DNA of 64,000 nt. Source: an uncultured Verrucomicrobiae bacterium. GTDB lineage: Bacteria; Verrucomicrobiota; Verrucomicrobiia; Limisphaerales; Palsa-1400. The notes under the pieces were generated by a model. That model was not told the origin of the DNA and made no database searches. It saw only the letters and a program-made list of their open reading frames with translations. Within the stretch, counting starts at the first letter, position 1; each line of letters starts with the position of its first letter. Of this stretch, positions 17,858 through 27,500 are shown one piece after another. The DNA lies in assembly GCA_963764165.1 (NCBI GenBank), contig CAVXRD010000002.1:1600001-1664000 (forward strand). The letters run 5' to 3'. The position numbers and the translations under genes are program-made.

Positions 17858-19462
17858 CTACCGATCACTGTCTTCCCGGTAAATAGCGCAGCGGCCCAAG
17901 TTGCCGTATGGGTCCACCGCCGTGACTGCAACCTCGTCAGGAAGCTTTGCCGCAAGATCCTGCGCAAATGTCTCCGAACGTTTTTCCGCAGGGAGAATCG
18001 TGGTGGTCCAATGGCCGTCCCGCTCGATTTGCACCACCCATTGGCGCACGGTTCCGGTTCCTCTGGGCTGCCAGTCCAATTTCAAAAACCCATGTTCCAC
18101 GCGGCCGAGAAGCGCCGGCTGCGGAATCGTTTCACTGAAGGAAGGGCCGACCGCGGGAGCAAGCGCGCCGCGCTCGTTCAAGATGTGGCCAAGCAGCTCC
18201 ATTTCCGGGTTGCCATCGCGAAACAGCGGGCGCGAGTGCCAAAGAATCTGCCCGGAAATCCCCGCCTGCTGCTTTGTCAATCGAATTTGCCGCTCGAATT
18301 CGCGGGTTTCATCCGGGGTGTTCCGCCAGGCGCCGACCTGCATGCCCGCGAGCATGGTTTTGTGGCGCGGATTTTGCCCTGCCCACCACTGGAGCAAGAC
18401 AGGAAAACTTTGCGGCTTCGACTCAATCGGCCAATAAAGCTGCGGCGCGCAATAATCCACCCAGCCCTCGGCCAGCCATGTTCTTGCGTCGCAATAAATC
18501 TTTTCGTAGGAATCAAAGCCGGTGATCTGCGCGGGATATTTCGGCCGCCAGATTCCGAACGGGCTGACTCCAAATTTCACCCACGGTTTTTCGCGCTTGA
18601 TGGATTGATAAACCGATTTGACAAACTTGTTGACGTTTTCGCGCCGCCAGTCCGCCCGCAGCATTTTTCCGCCTTTGTCCAAGTACCGGCGCCATGGGCC
18701 GTCGTCGGGGAAGTCGATTTCCTTGTCGTCGGGCGTCTTTTCCGGATACGGGTAAAAATAATCGTCGAAATGAACGCCATCGATGTCGTAGCGCCGGACA
18801 ACATCCATCACCACGCTCAGCGAATATTCCTGCGTGCCTGGCTCGGCGGGATCCAGCCACAGGTATTTTCCGTAGGTGCGCACCAATTCGGGATGGCGGA
18901 TGCTGACGTGGCTGCTGGCAATCGGCGATTTGAGCTCGCGCAAGCGCGCACGGTAGGGATTGAACCACGCGTGCAGTTCAAGTCCGCGCTTGTGGGCCTC
19001 GGTCACCGCGAAAAGCAATGGATCATAATACGGCGAAGGAGGCCGCCCCATTTTGCCAGTCAAGTATTCGGACCACGGCTCGATTTTGGAATCGTAAAAC
19101 GCGTCGCAACTGGGCCGGACTTGCAACACGATGACATTCATGTTGGCCGCCGCCGCGTGATCCATGATGTTGAGCAATTCCTGCTTTTGCAGGCTGGGAT
19201 CAAGGACATTTTTGTTCGGCCAATCGATATTGGCGACGGTGGCCACCCACAGCCCGCGAAATTCCCGAGGCGGCGCGGGCGGCAAATCCGCCAGCTTTTT
19301 ATGCGCCACGCTGTGGTCGGAGGATTGCAAGCCTGGCTTGGATGGACTTGACGAGGTGGATTGGGACGAAGATGTGTCGGTCGATGTGGAGACAGAGGCG
19401 CAGCCGACCAGGCTGCATAACAGCACGGGCCATAGGTTGCTTTTCTTCGTCAGCTTCCGCAT
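17858..19462 (-). CDS. GHL10 family glycosyl hydrolase lipoprotein (YddW/DigH-like)
   Basis: REFRGLWVATVANIDWP, LHAWFNPYRA, YDIDGVHFDDYFYPY, PQLYW; lipobox LVGC. Confidence 0.9.
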   Translation of the reverse strand: MRKLTKKSNLWPVLLCSLVGCASVSTSTDTSSSQSTSSSPSKPGLQSSDHSVAHKKLADLPPAPPREFRGLWVATVANIDWPNKNVLDPSLQKQELLNIMDHAAAANMNVIVLQVRPSCDAFYDSKIEPWSEYLTGKMGRPPSPYYDPLLFAVTEAHKRGLELHAWFNPYRARLRELKSPIASSHVSIRHPELVRTYGKYLWLDPAEPGTQEYSLSVVMDVVRRYDIDGVHFDDYFYPYPEKTPDDKEIDFPDDGPWRRYLDKGGKMLRADWRRENVNKFVKSVYQSIKREKPWVKFGVSPFGIWRPKYPAQITGFDSYEKIYCDARTWLAEGWVDYCAPQLYWPIESKPQSFPVLLQWWAGQNPRHKTMLAGMQVGAWRNTPDETREFERQIRLTKQQAGISGQILWHSRPLFRDGNPEMELLGHILNERGALAPAVGPSFSETIPQPALLGRVEHGFLKLDWQPRGTGTVRQWVVQIERDGHWTTTILPAEKRSETFAQDLAAKLPDEVAVTAVDPYGNLGRCAIYREDSDR

Positions 19463-19654
19463 CACGGATTGGCCAGAGACATACCGCACGCCCGCCGTGT
19501 TTGGAAGCTATTTTGGAAAAGACGTTGAGAATTGGAATCAGGAGCTTCCGGAAAGACAACCTGACGCCTACGCCAAATAAATGGCGCGGAAGAATCCGCC
19601 CGCTCCCTTCGGATTGAAGCAATAGGCCTTGGTTGTCGATGGGTGCGGACTGCG

Positions 19655-19902
19655 GTTCTTTTGCCTTCCGTTTGAACTATCCGGAATTTCCGGATAGTTG
19701 CCTCTCGCTGCAATTCTCCCTCTCGAAATACATTTTGAAGGTGCTCATTGATCGTTCGCACGTCCTGTTGGAACAGGCCAGCCATCTGCTTTTGCGACAG
19801 CCAAACCGTTTCATTTGCGAGTTTGACCTCAAGGCGCATTCGCCTGTCCTCGGTTTGGTAAAGAATGGTTTCAGACCCCGGCGCCGGACTCTGCTCGCTC
19901 AT
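19655..19902 (-). pseudogene. Truncated RhuM-family gene (N-terminal ~82 aa only)
   Basis: ILYQTED..ETVWLSQKQMAGLFQQDVRTINEHLQNVFREGEL..ATIRKFRIVQTEGKR, then similarity is lost. Confidence 0.75.
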
Positions 19903-19916
19903 GGAGAAATGTTCTA

Positions 19917-21017
19917 TTGATCTCTGTATAATATAGTGACAATATCACCAAAGCTCGGCTTGCTTCCAGAAGGCAGTGACCAATTTGGGTCTGCGCCGCA
20001 TCCGGCTCAGGGCCTTGCGCCCGCAATGACTCAACTTCGCCAGGTCGGCCGCGCAAAGATTGGGCAACTCGTGCTGCTTGAAGTAACCCCAGACATACTC
20101 GGTGGGATTGAGTTCGGGCGCATAGGCAGGCAGTCGTTCCACCCAGATTTTGCCTTTCAGTTGATCCACATAGTCCCGCACCAGCCGGCTGCGGTGGATG
20201 GGACCACCGTCCCAAATGACCAGAAGCTTGCCCGGGATGTGGCGTTGCAGATGTTTCAAGAATTCGATCACCTGCGGGCCTTTGATGGTGCCGGGGTAAA
20301 GCCGGAAGTAAAAGTTCCAGACCGTCACCCCGGCGATGATCGAAAGCTTTTTCCAGTTGAAGTCGAACTGCAATACCGGGGTCTGGCCGCGCGGCGCCCA
20401 AGTGCGAACCCGGTGCGGCTTCTGGCTCAATCCGCTCTCGTCGATGAAAACCACGATTCGCCTCTCGCGGAGGGCTTTTTTTTAAGCTGCGGCCAGCGCA
20501 CTTTGCGCCAGCGGGTGATCTCCCGCTCATGGCGCTGCCGAGCCTGGGTGGTGGGCCGCTGGCAGCTCCAACCCAGCTTTTGCAGAAGCCGGCAAACATG
20601 GTCCTCGTGGTATTGGACGCCCGTCAACCGTTGGATAACGGCGGCCACCCGCCGGGTGGTCCAAAGCTGGGTGCCAAAGTCATGGGCTTCGGGTCCCTGT
20701 TTGAGGGCCCGTTCCAACTGGCGGAAGTTCTCGTCGGTCAGGCGGGGCTTGCGCCCGGCTCGCCCAGCCTTTTTGAGAGAGGGCGCGCCATGGTCCTGCC
20801 AAGCCTTATGCCAGCGGCTGACCGATTGCCGGTGGACGCCAACTTGGCGGGCGACCTCGGCCTGGCTCAAGCCTCGGTCGAAAAGTTTGACGGCTTTCAT
20901 GCGCCGCCGTTCCAGTTGTGCAAACTGCGCCAAATCGCGTTTTACGCCTTTAGGATTTCCCATACCCAAAAATTAGCATAAAAACAATAATGTGTCACTA
21001 TATTATGCAGAGATCAA
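19917..21017 (-). mobile_element. IS630-family insertion sequence, 1101 bp
   Basis: 25-bp TIRs ttgatctctgtataatatagtgaca / tgtcactatattatgcagagatcaa (1 mismatch), flanked by TA at 19915-19916 and 21018-21019. Confidence 0.93.
19945..20963 (-). CDS. IS630 transposase split over two frames (HTH ORF + DDE ORF) joined at an A8 slippery site
   Basis: ORF A carries HTH and WTTRRV; ORF B carries FIDESG, IWDGGPIH, LPAYAPELNPTE; T8 at 20476-20483 on the + strand. Confidence 0.9.
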
Positions 21018-21089
21018 TAAATGGATACGAGGGTTGGGGCAATGGGAATCAGGCCAATGTCGCGGATCCGCCCCGTGGAGCGTCTCCCG

Positions 21090-22127
21090 TCATTTTCTTC
21101 GTTTTTCAAAGATTGTGAACAGGGCGGCTATGACGACGATCCCCAGCCCAAAATAGATCAGCGCCATGCGCCGTCCGCGTGTGGCGATGAGATAGGAGAA
21201 AAACGGACGGTGAAGTATGATAAAACGCCCGTGGTACAGGGTGGCTGCGTACAAGTCCGTGCGGGTCTCATACTCCAATTCTTGATGCCAATATCGAGGA
21301 GCCTCAAACAGTCGTTTTGGAAAAGATTCTCGCGAAAGGTGGAGCGAATGGATTTGAAATTCAAAATCAACATTGGAGAATTGCTCGGCGGGAGTCGCGT
21401 GATAGTAGGAGGTTATTTTTCTCGGGAAAAAGGGCGCGTCTCCGAACTCCGTGGAGGAGTTTGTGGGGTAGCCGGAATACAGGAAGGTATAATAGTCGGT
21501 TGACGTTGTCATGGCGCGCGTGGCATCGAGACGCGCGGCAAATCCGTTGCTGGCCCAAAGAGAGCCGCTCAATCGAAATCCCCTGCGATTGGTGAGGCAA
21601 AATGAATCTCCCGTCCACCGAATACTCCCAACGGGAATTTCCCACAATCCACCGCAAAGGATTCTGGAAAAAGTAATATCACGAGTTGATAACGACGCGC
21701 GGGCGGCTGAGGGCGGGGAGAGGCGGTTTGTCCACCACAGCCCCTGGTCTGGAGCGGTGAGGATGGGGCATGCCGGGGGCGTGGCGTCGTCCTTCCACCA
21801 TTCATAAGCAGCCCTTGTGACTCGCCAATAGACATTGTCATAGTATCCCGCAGCATCGCAAAAGTAGTCTTTGCTTCCCGCTTCGAACGCGGAGAAATCG
21901 GACGCCGTTGGAAACCTTTGGTGGACGAAAGCATTCGGCTGCCAAATTTCGTGGATACAAGACTTATCTCCCGAATGTTCGGAAATGAGATCAAGCGGCG
22001 TGGGATGTTCCAGGAATGCCTTGAACTGTTCAACAGCATTGGTGGTGGCCGACGCAGAACAGATGACTGCGGCGTTGAGACCTAGAACCAGCCGCCACGC
22101 CATCCGAATCGACCATAAGTCCGCCAT
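21090..22127 (-). CDS. Hypothetical exported protein with C-terminal TM anchor
   Basis: Signal-like N-terminus; C-terminal hydrophobic helix followed by KRRK. Confidence 0.65.
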   Translation of the reverse strand: MADLWSIRMAWRLVLGLNAAVICSASATTNAVEQFKAFLEHPTPLDLISEHSGDKSCIHEIWQPNAFVHQRFPTASDFSAFEAGSKDYFCDAAGYYDNVYWRVTRAAYEWWKDDATPPACPILTAPDQGLWWTNRLSPPSAARASLSTRDITFSRILCGGLWEIPVGSIRWTGDSFCLTNRRGFRLSGSLWASNGFAARLDATRAMTTSTDYYTFLYSGYPTNSSTEFGDAPFFPRKITSYYHATPAEQFSNVDFEFQIHSLHLSRESFPKRLFEAPRYWHQELEYETRTDLYAATLYHGRFIILHRPFFSYLIATRGRRMALIYFGLGIVVIAALFTIFEKRRK

Positions 22128-22129
22128 GA

Positions 22130-23107
22130 CTATTTTTCAATCGCGCTGAGGGCGACGTCGGCGCGGCGGCGCACTTCGGGCGCTTTATCCTGCAATGCCT
22201 CCCGCAGCGCGGGAATCGCGGCGGACGCAGCAGGGCCGATTTGCCCGAGATACGAACAGACGATGGCGCGGTCGGCGGCGTCGCCGTTGGTGAGCGAATG
22301 GATCAAGCACGAGACAAACGCGGCATTTGTATCGTTCATCATCAGCAAGTCGTGCGCGACGACGTGGGCCTGGGCGGAATCGCGCGCCGCGAACAGCACT
22401 TGCTCCAAGACGGGGAGCGAAGTATTTGTATGACTGGTCATTCTCCAAAGCACCCACGCCGCGTCATGCCGGATTTCCAAGTTGGTGGAGGTGTCGCACA
22501 GGGCTTTGACCTGGGGCGCGGCGCTGGCGGCCGCCGGTCCCATCTGCGCCAATCGCCGCCACGCCTCCGCCCCCACGAACGGATCCTCATCCGCCCCGGC
22601 CATGACCAAATACGGGAGTTGGTTTGTGCTCGGGCGGCTGTTCTTCAGAGCGTCCAAGACGGATTGACGGAGTGCCGAATCGGGCCTGGCCAGCAGAGGA
22701 TAGACATCGGCGATCAGAGCCGTGTTCGTGGCATGCTGGATCAGGATTACAGCCGCCATGCGGGAAAGCGCGGGATCTTCCGGCTTGGAAAGCCACCCTT
22801 GCGCAACGCTCGGCAGACGCTCGTAGAGGACGCGGTAGGCGCGGGAAAGCGGATCGGGATTGGCTAGCATCGCGTTCATCAGAAATGGCTCAGCGTTCGT
22901 TCCCATGGCATTAAACGCGGCGATGGCTTCAAGCTGCCTGCCCTCGGCCCCGACCACTTCGCCAATCCATGAACCGGTGGAGCGACCTTGGTAGTAGGCT
23001 TGCGGAACACGCCGATGCAGTCCGGCGGCAAGGATGCAGGCGCACACGGCGAGGAAGGCGGCCAAGCGAAGCTTGGAGAATCGGGGGCGCGGCACAACAT
23101 CCATCAA
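22130..23107 (-). CDS. HEAT-repeat protein with N-terminal membrane anchor
   Basis: LGQIGPAASAAIPALREALQD..VRRRADVAL HEAT-like repeats. Confidence 0.8.
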   Translation of the reverse strand: MMDVVPRPRFSKLRLAAFLAVCACILAAGLHRRVPQAYYQGRSTGSWIGEVVGAEGRQLEAIAAFNAMGTNAEPFLMNAMLANPDPLSRAYRVLYERLPSVAQGWLSKPEDPALSRMAAVILIQHATNTALIADVYPLLARPDSALRQSVLDALKNSRPSTNQLPYLVMAGADEDPFVGAEAWRRLAQMGPAAASAAPQVKALCDTSTNLEIRHDAAWVLWRMTSHTNTSLPVLEQVLFAARDSAQAHVVAHDLLMMNDTNAAFVSCLIHSLTNGDAADRAIVCSYLGQIGPAASAAIPALREALQDKAPEVRRRADVALSAIEK

Positions 23108-23589
23108 TTCGGCGGCGGGGCGGGTTTCATGCGAAATGTTCCGTGGTCATATTTGCAGCGATAGCTGCATACGAACTCATCCGCGCCTGCTGTGCCATGA
23201 TAGCTGTAGACGCCTCCGGCCAGGGAGCCGAGATTTGCTTCGCCATCCAGATTGAGTTTTTCCCCCTCCCATTTGCCTTGGAGCGGAACGGCATACGCGA
23301 CTCGCAAAATCCCGCCGTAAACCGCGTGAAACGTTGCCCGATAGCCGCTCCCGTCCGCATGGTCGAGCAAGCAGCGAAGAGCGCCGTGATGGCCGTTGGC
23401 CTCGCTGCGCCATTCGCCCTGCCATCGGCCTTGGAGTCCGTTCCCGGCGCTGGGGGCGGGAGAGGGCTGCTTCCAGCGGCGTTTGAAATCAGCGCCGCTG
23501 TTGAAGAATGCGGCGAGAAGATGAGAAATTTTGCGAACGAGTCCCACGTTGTCAATTTGGCCGCATCTTGGAAGCAGGTCAAATAGCAC
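23104..23589 (-). CDS. Hypothetical protein
   Basis: GRWQGEWRSEANGHHGALRC segment; ORF fills the gap and its stop overlaps the next start; start uncertain. Confidence 0.6.
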   Translation of the reverse strand: MLFDLLPRCGQIDNVGLVRKISHLLAAFFNSGADFKRRWKQPSPAPSAGNGLQGRWQGEWRSEANGHHGALRCLLDHADGSGYRATFHAVYGGILRVAYAVPLQGKWEGEKLNLDGEANLGSLAGGVYSYHGTAGADEFVCSYRCKYDHGTFRMKPAPPPN

Positions 23590-23610
23590 CCTCCTGAAAC
23601 CCGGGCGTAA

Positions 23611-24384
23611 TTACCAAAGCCCCTTGGAGTCGATGCCGGGAGAGGAAGCGGCGTTGGTCTGGAGCTGCGGCAATGAGCGCCACCGGACTGACATGTCGGA
23701 ATAACCGATGTTGCCGCCCACCGCGCCCAGCGTCACGCTGGTTGTCCCGGGAGGGCCGACAGTGAAAGAGGAACTCTTCATCATGGCCGCGCCTAATGGA
23801 GTGTGGGGAGCGACGCTCATTTGCGAAGGGAACGGGCTTGAATCGGGGCTGGTCGAAGTGGTCCAGTAATTCGCGTCAGCCAAGAGCTCATTGGTGCCGA
23901 GCGTCGGCAGTTTGACCTGATTGTCTTCCACGTCAGGCCCCTTGGTTGAAAAAGAACTGCTGCCAGCCAGATAGCTGTATCCAATGACAAAGCCAAATGC
24001 GGTTGTATGCTGCGCCACAGACCCTGGCCCATTGCCGAAGACGATGTTCGGACAATAGAAGACATTGGAATTTCCTCCCACATAGGTCAGAAGATTGGTG
24101 AAAGTCTCGTCAGACAGGATGATCGAGTGGTAATACCCCTTGGAATCCGCGGAATTGGGCATGAAGTTTTCGTTGTCATTCGCATACATCTGAATGACGC
24201 TGAGAAGCGTGCGTTCATTGCTCTTGCAAACGACGCGGCGGGTCCGTTCCTTGGCAGTCGACAACGCAGGAACCATGATGGTGGAGAGAATTCCCGTCAT
24301 CGTGATTACAACCAGCACCTCTACCAGCGTTAAACCGGCTGAAGTGGCTCGCTCGTGCCTTGCCCGCTCATGGCAAATGTGCAT
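23611..24384 (-). CDS. Prepilin-type N-terminal cleavage/methylation domain protein
   Basis: G|LTLVEVLVVITMTGILSTIMVPALSTAKE..CKSN; FYCP; GGNIGYSD. Confidence 0.85.
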   Translation of the reverse strand: MHICHERARHERATSAGLTLVEVLVVITMTGILSTIMVPALSTAKERTRRVVCKSNERTLLSVIQMYANDNENFMPNSADSKGYYHSIILSDETFTNLLTYVGGNSNVFYCPNIVFGNGPGSVAQHTTAFGFVIGYSYLAGSSSFSTKGPDVEDNQVKLPTLGTNELLADANYWTTSTSPDSSPFPSQMSVAPHTPLGAAMMKSSSFTVGPPGTTSVTLGAVGGNIGYSDMSVRWRSLPQLQTNAASSPGIDSKGLW

Positions 24385-24495
24385 ACGTCGTCCGTCGTGT
24401 TTGGCTCGTCTGTCTCGCGAAATATGCAGAAATTGCGGACTCTTTGCAACAAATATTTTTGCCTCGGCCATGAAAGGGCGCAAACCTGTTTTTTG

Positions 24496-24535
24496 GCAGG
24501 GCGACGCCTCGCAGAGGCGAGCGGGGTGAGAATCC
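24496..24535. repeat. Degenerate copy of the GGACGCCTCGCCGAGG REP family
   Basis: gcagggcgacgcctcgcagaggcgagcggggtgag; includes the reverse complement of the ctcacccc spacer end seen at 4707-4714. Confidence 0.45.
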
Positions 24536-24571
24536 CCCGAAAAGGCTGGCCTGCGCCAAGGGAGGTTTGGC

Positions 24572-27500
24572 TTACGGCGCGGTAATACGGTAATAGCGAG
24601 CAGGATAATTCTCCCATTTCGCATCGCTGAACACCACGGAGCCGTTGGTGAGGGTGCAGGACAGAACGGGCAGCCATGTGGAATCAGCCAAATTTGTACT
24701 GGCTTCCACCACGATGGGAATATTTGCGGTGCCCGTGATGTTGAAACCAAACAGGTTCCCGTTTGCCCCAAAGGTGGTCCCGCCCGACTGCATCAGGGGA
24801 TTCCACCGCGACGCCGGAAGGCCTGCAAAGGTCGAACTCCAGCCGGTCCTTCCCGGGAGATAATAGGCAGTTGGGCTGTTTTGGCCAAACACAGCGCCAT
24901 TTGTGGCTGGCGCGTTGCCCGCAAAAAAAACTCCGGTCAAATTGTAACAACCATAAAACGCATCTGCCCCGATGCTGGTGATGCTGGCCGGGATCGTGAT
25001 GTTTGTCAGACTTTCGCACGCGTAGAACACGTAGGCGGGGAGCGCTGTCACGCTGCTTGGAATCGTTACGTTCTTCAACGCGTACATTTCCTCGAATGCG
25101 TAGGCCCCAATGCTGGTGACGCTCTCGGGAATGGTCAGGGTCGAAAGGCTTGCGCAGAGCCCGAAAGCGTACTGCCCGATCGAGGTGACGCTGTCAGGAA
25201 TTGCCACGGACGACAAATCGTAACAATCGTAAAACGCGTATGCTCCGATGGTGGTGACAGTGTTAGGAATGACGGCATTGGTCAAGCCCGAGGAGTAGGC
25301 AAAAAGATAACTTCCCAGCGTCGTCACACCGTTTGGAATGACGATCTCTCCCAAACTGGTGTTTTCAAACACGTAATTCCCAATTCCGGCAACGCTGGCA
25401 GGAATCGTGATCGTCTTGAGACTCTGGCAATCGTAGAACGCGCCGTCGCCAATATTCGTCACGCCGCTGGAAATCGCGACATTGGTCAGATATAAGCAAT
25501 AGCCAAACGCATAAGCTCCCAGATTTCGGACGCTGCCGGGAATTATTACCCGATAAAGGCTGTCGCAAGATTCAAAGGCGTCTTCGCCGATGCTTTGCAC
25601 GTTTGGGCCGATTGTGATGGGGAGTTCATTGCATTCATAGAATGCGTAGTCGCCAAAGTTTGTGACGCCGCTAAGGCTTCCCACATTCGTCAAGAAGGAG
25701 CATTCATAAAACGCTTGCGATCCAATGCTGGTGACACTGCCGGGGAAAGCGGCGCTGGCGAGACTCGTGCAAAGACAGAAGGTGGCGTTTCCAATCATCG
25801 GCAGATAGCCTCCCTCAAATGTCACTTTCGCAAGGCTCCCACATCCATAAAATGTCCCATTTCCCAGATTGTTCACACTGGCGGGAATGGTCATTCTGAC
25901 GAGGTTGGTGCAGGATGCAAAGGCGTCATCTCCGATGTTGGTAACGCTGGTTGGGATCGTGATGTTGGTAAGGACGGAGCCCGCGAACGCGTCTTCCGCG
26001 ATGCTCGTGACCCCGTAAGGGATGCTGAACGACGCCGCGTTGCTTCCTGTCGGAAATTGGATGAGTTCCGTCCCGCTATAATTGTACAACACGCCCTCGA
26101 CGCTGCTGTAGGCTGGGTTGTTTGGGGCGACATTTACCGCAGTCACCTCAACGAGTTCAAAAAACGCGTTTGTTCCAAGATTGGTGACACTGCCTGGAAT
26201 GGTGATCGTCGCCAGCGCGTCGCCGTCGAACGCGAAGTTTCCGATATACCCGATCCCGGCGCCGAGTGTTGCGTTGGTGAGCTGGCGGCAGTTGTCGAAC
26301 GCATAGTCTCCAACACACGTCACGCTGGCTGGAATAGTGATGTTGGTCAGAGCGCACCCCTCAAAGGCATTTGATCCGATGTTTATGGCGCCCGTTCCCA
26401 GCGAGAGGGCCGCCAGTTCGTAGCATTCGTAGAACGCAGAGTTCCCGATGTTCGTAACGCTGTTGGGGATCACCACGCCCTTAAGCCCTGAGCATTCGTA
26501 GAAGGCATAGTTGCCAATATTTGCCACATTCGTTCCAATGGTGACGTTGGTCAGCGCCGTGCCCACGAATGCGTAATCCCCGATATTGGTGATGCTGTTG
26601 GGAATTGCGATGCGGGACAGATCGTAACACCCGGAAAACGCATTGGATCCAATGTCATTGCAGCTTGCGCCAATCGAAATGTTGGTCAGATACATGCAGT
26701 TGGAGAAGGCAAGACCGAAGTTTGTGACACTGTCCGGAATTGCGACCGAGCGAAGCTGGCTTCCCGAGAACGCATAATCTCCAATGCTTGCGGCGTTCGC
26801 TCCCACCGTGATCTGCTTCAGTTGTCCGCAATGATAAAAAGCGTAGGGGCCGATATTGGCCACGCCGCCGGGAATTGAAACGTTGGTCAGCAAGTTGCAA
26901 TATTCGAACATGCCGGATCCAACGGACGCGGCGTTCGTGCTTAGTGTGGCAGACGAAAGATTCGAGCACCCGTAAAACAAATAGTTTCCTATGTTCGTGA
27001 CACTGTTTGGAATCGTTGAGTTGGTCAGCTTGGTGTCCGCGAAAGCATAATCTCCAATGCTGGCCACTCTGCCGCCAAGAGGGGCATTGACCAAATAATT
27101 ACAATCGTAAAACGCATAACCACCAATGCCGACGAGGCTGTTCGGGAATGCGACACTCTCGATCGAAGCCCCAGCGAATGCATAATTGCCGATATAACTG
27201 ACATTTGGCCCCATTGTGACGGTCTCTAACCGAGCACCGGCGAACGCGTAATCGCCGATATTGGTGACGCTGTTCGAAATGGCGTAAACATAGTTGAGTG
27301 GTCCGCCTTGGCATTGGATGAAAGTAGTCAGGCTCTGATTGAGCAGCGCGCCAGCCATGCTGGCGTAAGCGGGATTGTTGGAATCCACATTGATCGCCCT
27401 CAAATACGTGCAATAACCAAATGCGCCCGTGCCAATGTTTGTGACACCGGCGGGTATAACAATATTGGTCAGTCCGCTGTAGGCAAACGCCCAGCTGCCG

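Noticed and set aside
17828..19351. 507-aa plus-strand ORF
   Set aside because: Antisense shadow of the GHL10 gene in high-GC DNA; no recognisable motifs.
19936..20976. 346-aa plus-strand ORF spanning the IS
   Set aside because: Antisense to the IS630 transposase, whose HTH and DDE motifs are on the minus strand; no independent evidence of coding.
23127..23582. Alternative minus-strand frame (151 aa)
   Set aside because: The 23104..23589 frame has more protein-like composition and couples to the next gene.
24385..24771. 5' extension of ORF 23611..24771
   Set aside because: Overlaps the LRR gene end and a REP remnant; the prepilin motif places the start near 24384.
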